The notes beneath the pieces are model-generated. The model did not search any database, was not told the DNA's origin, and saw only the letters and a list, made by a program, of their open reading frames with translations. Source: Candidatus Hecatella orcuttiae (GTDB lineage: Archaea; Thermoproteota; Bathyarchaeia; Hecatellales; Hecatellaceae). Taken from it: a stretch of 64,000 nt of DNA. The stretch lies in contig MTLY02000003.1 in assembly GCA_002011035.2 (NCBI GenBank), positions 640,001-704,000 of the forward strand, read 5' to 3'. The position numbers were made by a program, and so were the translations under genes. Below, one piece after another: positions 57,861-64,000 of the stretch. Each line of letters starts with the position of its first letter. The first letter of the stretch is position 1.

Positions 57861-58886
57861 ATGGAGCGTCTGGTGGTCGACGGCTTTGGAAAATATGTAG
57901 GTAGGAAAGGTAACAGAATAATTGTGAAAGACGGCGGAAGCATAGTCCACCAAGCATTACCCGAAGAATTGAGACAGATCTTGGTGACCGGTAAGGGGTC
58001 CATCGGCTTCGACGCCATAAACTTCCTGTCCTCCAACGGTGTAGACATAATCTTCCTGAATTCTAGAGGTCAACTCACCGCACGTCTTGCACCTTTGGAA
58101 ATGAGAACCGTTGAAACGAGGAAAGAACAATACTACGCCTACAAGGATGCTAGAAGTATGGTTCTCGGAAAAGCGTTCGCCCTAGCAAAGATAAAGAACC
58201 AATATGCAACCCTCGGCACCTTAGCCAAAAGGAGAAAAGACACTAACCCAAGCTCAGCTGAAGAAATATACAACAAAAGAGAAGAACTACGGTCGAAAAT
58301 ATCGGAGATGGAGCATGTTGAGGGAAAGAACATCGAATCAGTCAGGGACACCGTCATGGGCATCGAAGGCTCCGCCTCAGCCCTATACTGGCTTGGCGTC
58401 GCTCAAGTCATCCCAGAGGAATTCGGGTTTAAGGGGAGATCGGGAAGATACGCCCCTGACCCTGTTAACGCCATGCTGAACTATGGCTATGGAATCTTAG
58501 AAGGCGAAGTATGGCGTGCTGTGCACTTTGCCGGCTTAGACCCTTACGGCGGCTTTCTTCACGCCGACCGTCCTGGAAAGCCTAGTTTGGTCTTGGATTT
58601 AATGGAAGAATTCAGGCAGCAGCTCATCGATAAGAGTGTCATCAAGCTTATATCGAGGAAGGAGGTTGCTCCTGAAAATTTCACAGTAAAGGAGAATGTT
58701 TGCTCTTTAGGCGATGAAGCTCGAAGGACATTGTTGACAGAGGTATTGGAAAGATTTGAAGAATACGTGGCTGTTGGCGATGAGAAGGTCAGATGGTGTG
58801 ACCTAATAGTAAACCAGGCTAGAAAGATTGGAAAATACTTGAGGGGAGAGATACCGCTGTATGAAGGCTTCTTCCTCCGGTGGTAA
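57861..58886 (+). CDS. cas1: Cas1 integrase
   Basis: 'MGIEG', 'DPVNAMLNYGY', 'GLDPYGGFLH', 'SLVLDLMEEFR'. Confidence 0.97.
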   Translation: MERLVVDGFGKYVGRKGNRIIVKDGGSIVHQALPEELRQILVTGKGSIGFDAINFLSSNGVDIIFLNSRGQLTARLAPLEMRTVETRKEQYYAYKDARSMVLGKAFALAKIKNQYATLGTLAKRRKDTNPSSAEEIYNKREELRSKISEMEHVEGKNIESVRDTVMGIEGSASALYWLGVAQVIPEEFGFKGRSGRYAPDPVNAMLNYGYGILEGEVWRAVHFAGLDPYGGFLHADRPGKPSLVLDLMEEFRQQLIDKSVIKLISRKEVAPENFTVKENVCSLGDEARRTLLTEVLERFEEYVAVGDEKVRWCDLIVNQARKIGKYLRGEIPLYEGFFLRW

Positions 58887-59460
58887 ACTTCCAATAGACG
58901 TATGGGAGATAGTCCAGTATTACTACTGTCCTAGGAAAATTTACTTTCTAAGAACTTTAGGGGTTCCTGTGGTGCAGAAAAGAAAAATGGCTATGGGTCA
59001 AGATGAGCACTTGAAAGAGATAAAAAGACTGAAGGAGAGACAATCGGTCTTCGGCTTCAGGAAAAGCGATGTGGAAGAAATATACCAAAAACTGGCGTTA
59101 GAGGATGCGGAGCTGGGTTTAGCAGGACAGATAGATACTGTCATCAAACTTAAGAACGGTAAAATTATGCCGGTGGAGCTGAAATATTCCGACTATGTGG
59201 CCGCGTTCAGAAGCAGGAAAAAACAGCTCACAGCCTACGCCATTCTCTTGGAGAGAAAATTTAATCAGATTATAGATACGGGTATTCTCTATTTTCCCAT
59301 ACAGAATAAGCAAGTGACGGTTTCAATAACATACGAGGATAAGAAAAACTTACTCGCTGACTTGGAAAAGATAAGGCAGTTGATTCTCAGCGAGAAAATA
59401 CCGCGTAAATCTCAGAGCGAGAAATGCCGTTACTGTGAAGCCACCAGATACTGTGGTTAA
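58861..59460 (+). CDS. cas4: Cas4
   Basis: 'YYYCPRK', 'GQID', 'PVELK', 'QLTAYA', 'KCRYCEATRYC'. Confidence 0.95.
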   Translation: MKASSSGGKLPIDVWEIVQYYYCPRKIYFLRTLGVPVVQKRKMAMGQDEHLKEIKRLKERQSVFGFRKSDVEEIYQKLALEDAELGLAGQIDTVIKLKNGKIMPVELKYSDYVAAFRSRKKQLTAYAILLERKFNQIIDTGILYFPIQNKQVTVSITYEDKKNLLADLEKIRQLILSEKIPRKSQSEKCRYCEATRYCG

Positions 59461-59569
59461 TGTGAACGCCTTCATATATCCCACATCGATTTTTTAATGT
59501 TCACAGGGGAGGTCTTGAACCAAAAAGGATAAATGCCTATCAACAAAAAATAACCGTAGGTAAGGGACG
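59461..59569 (+). promoter_or_regulatory. CRISPR leader
   Basis: AT-rich non-coding stretch between cas4 and the first repeat; BRE/TATA-like AAAAAGGATAAAT near 59522-59534. Confidence 0.7.
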
Positions 59570-62500
59570 GTTTCAATAGGAAGACTCATAAAATGAGGAT
59601 TGAAAGGCTCCACCGCCACCTCAGGGTGGAGGCGCTCATACCGTTTCAATAGGAAGACTCATAAAATGAGGATTGAAAGAGGGAGAATTACGATTTTATG
59701 CTTGGTGGGCCGACAAGTTTCAATAGGAAGACTCATAAAATGAGGATTGAAAGCTTCCGATGGCCCACTGGGGAAATGCCCAAAATGCCGGTTTCAATAG
59801 GAAGACTCATAAAATGAGGATTGAAAGCACATTACTGGGACACGGAAGTGGGCGGCGGGTGGGGGTTTCAATAGGAAGACTCATAAAATGAGGATTGAAA
59901 GGTTAAGTTTTCTGCTGAACCGAGGAATTTCATTTTCGGGTTTCAATAGGAAGACTCATAAAATGAGGATTGAAAGAGGACTTCGGCTTGGCTGAGGTTG
60001 TGGTTTTCAGCCAAGTTTCAATAGGAAGACTCATAAAATGAGGATTGAAAGACCGACTGGAAAACATCCTAAAAAAAGTTGAACAAGTTTCAATAGGAAG
60101 ACTCATAAAATGAGGATTGAAAGGTCATATTATTTACCTAAAGTCCCTTTTGGTCATCCAGGTTTCAATAGGAAGACTCATAAAATGAGGATTGAAAGTG
60201 TAGTAGATGCGGCCGGCTGTCTCCAGCTCCACCTGCAGTTTCAATAGGAAGACTCATAAAATGAGGATTGAAAGTCAAGTTTCCCGATGGCAGTGAAGTG
60301 GAAACTTCTTAGTTTCAATAGGAAGACTCATAAAATGAGGATTGAAAGTTGAAGCGGTTAAAATAGGCAAATTCGAGGGAGAAGTTTCAATAGGAAGACT
60401 CATAAAATGAGGATTGAAAGTCGAAATAACTGAGCGAAAATGGAAATGCCTCAGATGGTTTCAATAGGAAGACTCATAAAATGAGGATTGAAAGTAATTC
60501 TGAAATCGTTTTTTATTTTTTCAGGCACGTTTCAATAGGAAGACTCATAAAATGAGGATTGAAAGAATTCTCCCGAAGCTCCTTGACCACCTTAGCCCTC
60601 ATGTTTCAATAGGAAGACTCATAAAATGAGGATTGAAAGGGCGTAGGTGTCGGTGCAGGTAAAGGCGTAGGAGCAGGTTTCAATAGGAAGACTCATAAAA
60701 TGAGGATTGAAAGTTAAAATCAGTCTCCTTGTAAAACATCATTTTTTATGTTTCAATAGGAAGACTCATAAAATGAGGATTGAAAGTGTATTGCGGTGGA
60801 TAAGGCTTTTTCTGGATCATCGAGTTTCAATAGGAAGACTCATAAAATGAGGATTGAAAGGTTATTTGTATGAACATCATCCTTCAACCTTCTTTAAGTT
60901 TCAATAGGAAGACTCATAAAATGAGGATTGAAAGCGACATACTGCGCTCCCAAGAAAATCAGGAGAATCAGTTTCAATAGGAAGACTCATAAAATGAGGA
61001 TTGAAAGTATAGCATTAGTCATCCTACCAGTCGCCTGTTGTTTGTTTCAATAGGAAGACTCATAAAATGAGGATTGAAAGTCTTTATAACCTCCATCCTC
61101 CTCTCTGAGTCTTTTTGTTTCAATAGGAAGACTCATAAAATGAGGATTGAAAGTGAAAGGCGCCGAAGCGCTCCGCAATCTCAGGTGTGAAAGTTTCAAT
61201 AGGAAGACTCATAAAATGAGGATTGAAAGAGTTTGAGAGCGTAATTACCCTTACGTAAGCACCGAGGTTTCAATAGGAAGACTCATAAAATGAGGATTGA
61301 AAGTGAAATTTTATTTTACTTTGATTTATCAGTCTAGCCATGTTTCAATAGGAAGACTCATAAAATGAGGATTGAAAGGGCTCACCGTCAACCGCCTCAA
61401 GCAGGCCTGCGAGGAGTTTCAATAGGAAGACTCATAAAATGAGGATTGAAAGAGACGACATCCTTCCAGAGCCCGGCGTCACCCCTGGTTTCAATAGGAA
61501 GACTCATAAAATGAGGATTGAAAGGAGTTTACGTTGTGGATGCGGAAGCAGGGGTTTGGGCCGTTTCAATAGGAAGACTCATAAAATGAGGATTGAAAGA
61601 ATTCCCCTTGGCAAGTTTATAGAAATGGAAGTGATGTTTCAATAGGAAGACTCATAAAATGAGGATTGAAAGAATTCCCCTTGGCAAGTTTATAGAAATG
61701 GAAGTGATGTTTCAATAGGAAGACTCATAAAATGAGGATTGAAAGGATGGCTGGTGCGCCCTTCCTCTACGGGCACAATCTGCCGTTTCAATAGGAAGAC
61801 TCATAAAATGAGGATTGAAAGGAGGGGACAGGTTGAGGGGGAGCTTCTCCTTCAGTTGTTTCAATAGGAAGACTCATAAAATGAGGATTGAAAGATGTCG
61901 TTAAGCCGCCTCTGATACCACTTGGCGACTTGTTTCAATAGGAAGACTCATAAAATGAGGATTGAAAGTCTATTCCAAAATCATAATAAAGCCACTCCAC
62001 TTCTGTTTCAATAGGAAGACTCATAAAATGAGGATTGAAAGAGTAGCCATCCTTTACGGTGTAGGCTGTGGTAGAAGTTTCAATAGGAAGACTCATAAAA
62101 TGAGGATTGAAAGGAAGGCTCAGGACTTGCCCGCCGACGTGACTTCGGTGTTTCAATAGGAAGACTCATAAAATGAGGATTGAAAGTAGGCGGATGTAGG
62201 GTCGCATCCAGCAGCCTAGTTTGTTTCAATAGGAAGACTCATAAAATGAGGATTGAAAGTTAGATGAGGAGTAAAACTCTATTTTTTATTCCCTAGTTTC
62301 AATAGGAAGACTCATAAAATGAGGATTGAAAGCTTTAATTCATCCCCCTTTTGAAAAGATAGGAAAGGTTTCAATAGGAAGACTCATAAAATGAGGATTG
62401 AAAGTTGAAGCGGTTAAAATAGGCAAATTCGAGGGAGAATTAGTTTCAATAGGAAGACTCATAAAATGAGGATTGAAAGTTTTATTCTCCTTTTAAAATT

Positions 62501-64000
62501 GAATTTATAGCTTCATGTTTCAATAGGAAGACTCATAAAATGAGGATTGAAAGCGCTCAACAAAGATTGAGTTTAAGACTTATTAAAAGTTTCAATAGGA
62601 AGACTCATAAAATGAGGATTGAAAGCGTAATCCGCGTTTTTCGGGCCGTTTAGGGCAAGTTTGTTTCAATAGGAAGACTCATAAAATGAGGATTGAAAGT
62701 TGCTTTCGGTTAAAACTGCTAATGTCGTTATTACAGTTTCAATAGGAAGACTCATAAAATGAGGATTGAAAGACCATTTTTCTATATCTTCCGCGGCTTT
62801 CGGTCTTGGTTTCAATAGGAAGACTCATAAAATGAGGATTGAAAGATCAGGCTAGCTAAAAGCTAGTCTAACGTTAGAATGGGTTTCAATAGGAAGACTC
62901 ATAAAATGAGGATTGAAAGCCTCTTCTCTGAGGTGAGGGTAGGCTTTCAGGTAGCGTTTCAATAGGAAGACTCATAAAATGAGGATTGAAAGCTTTTTTT
63001 GTAAAATTCAAGAAATAAATTTTTTCCTTTGTTTCAATAGGAAGACTCATAAAATGAGGATTGAAAGACGAGATCGCAGGCAAACCCCCAACTCCACCAA
63101 CGGCACCGTTTCAATAGGAAGACTCATAAAATGAGGATTGAAAGAAAAAAGTCAGCCCCCCCTCTCAGTTTCCTCTTTAAGTTTCAATAGGAAGACTCAT
63201 AAAATGAGGATTGAAAGTTATCATAACCACGGAAGACAATGTAAACGCAAACGCGTTTCAATAGGAAGACTCATAAAATGAGGATTGAAAGTCCCATTTT
63301 CCCTCTATGGCTCTTTCAAGTATTTTGGTTTCAATAGGAAGACTCATAAAATGAGGATTGAAAGGAGATTAAAAAAAACGAAGAATAAGCGTTCCCTTTA
63401 GTTTCAATAGGAAGACTCATAAAATGAGGATTGAAAGGGGCTCGGCATCGAAGCCTTAACCGTCACGTCTCCAAGTTTCAATAGGAAGACTCATAAAATG
63501 AGGATTGAAAGTCGGTTGTCTCTTTAGGACAACATTGCCTTATCTAAGAGTTTCAATAGGAAGACTCATAAAATGAGGATTGAAAGTAAATAAATTGTCA
63601 GCCCAAGACCACCGCCCACCAAGTTTCAATAGGAAGACTCATAAAATGAGGATTGAAAGCCTTACTTCTATTCCTCTATAGTAGTAATCATTCTCGTTTC
63701 AATAGGAAGACTCATAAAATGAGGATTGAAAGATCTTAGTGATCCTCTTAGTAGTAGAAGCTTCAACGTTTCAATAGGAAGACTCATAAAATGAGGATTG
63801 AAAGGCGGACTTGGAGCAGCGGGAGTCGGATGTGTTCTTCGGTTTCAATAGGAAGACTCATAAAATGAGGATTGAAAGACCGGCATACTGTCATTTCAGG
63901 CATAACACAATCAGGGTTTCAATAGGAAGACTCATAAAATGAGGATTGAAAGACGCGTGGAAACCCCACGGAGACCAACCTTGAACATAGTTTCAATAGG
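59570..64000 (+). CRISPR. CRISPR array, repeat GTTTCAATAGGAAGACTCATAAAATGAGGATTGAAAG (37 nt); 60 complete repeats and 60 spacers of about 34-40 nt; truncated at the window end
   Basis: Repeats appear invariant; hairpin CTCAT-AAA-ATGAG precedes the 8-nt ATTGAAAG tag; the leader side supports + orientation. Confidence 0.99.

Noticed and set aside
61439-63083. Short ORFs inside the CRISPR array
   Set aside because: They are translations of repeat-spacer units (recurring FNRKTHKMRIER).

Overview
Archaeal chromosomal window. Gene content and style fit a TACK-lineage, probably Bathyarchaeia-like, organism; this is inferred, not proven. (1) 1-34.7 kb is a GC-rich core region: DtxR regulator, pterin-related genes, a family-B DNA polymerase with degenerate proofreading motifs, pelota, TtuA, a GTPBP1-like GTPase, the psmA-SBDS-exosome-rpl37ae superoperon, thiDN, a near-complete siroheme-dependent (Ahb) heme cluster, and cysteate synthase plus fused comDE (coenzyme M route). 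(2) 34.7-46.5 kb is a lower-GC accessory region around a tRNA-Lys(UUU) gene. The tRNA has three BHB-type introns (9/10, 37/38, 43/44) and a plausible fourth (7/8). Upstream lies an integron attC-like site closing a two-gene cassette. Downstream lies a cluster of HEAT-repeat proteins, a Jag_N-repeat protein, a FecR-domain surface protein and two paralogous membrane proteins. (3) 46.5-64 kb is a mosaic type I-A CRISPR-Cas locus (csa3, csa5, cas7, cas5, cas8a, cas3', cas3'', vapBC, cas4 relic, cas6, cas2, csa1, cas1, cas4) followed by an array of 60 complete 37-nt repeats that runs off the window end. All calls come from reading motifs by eye; no database searches were run.
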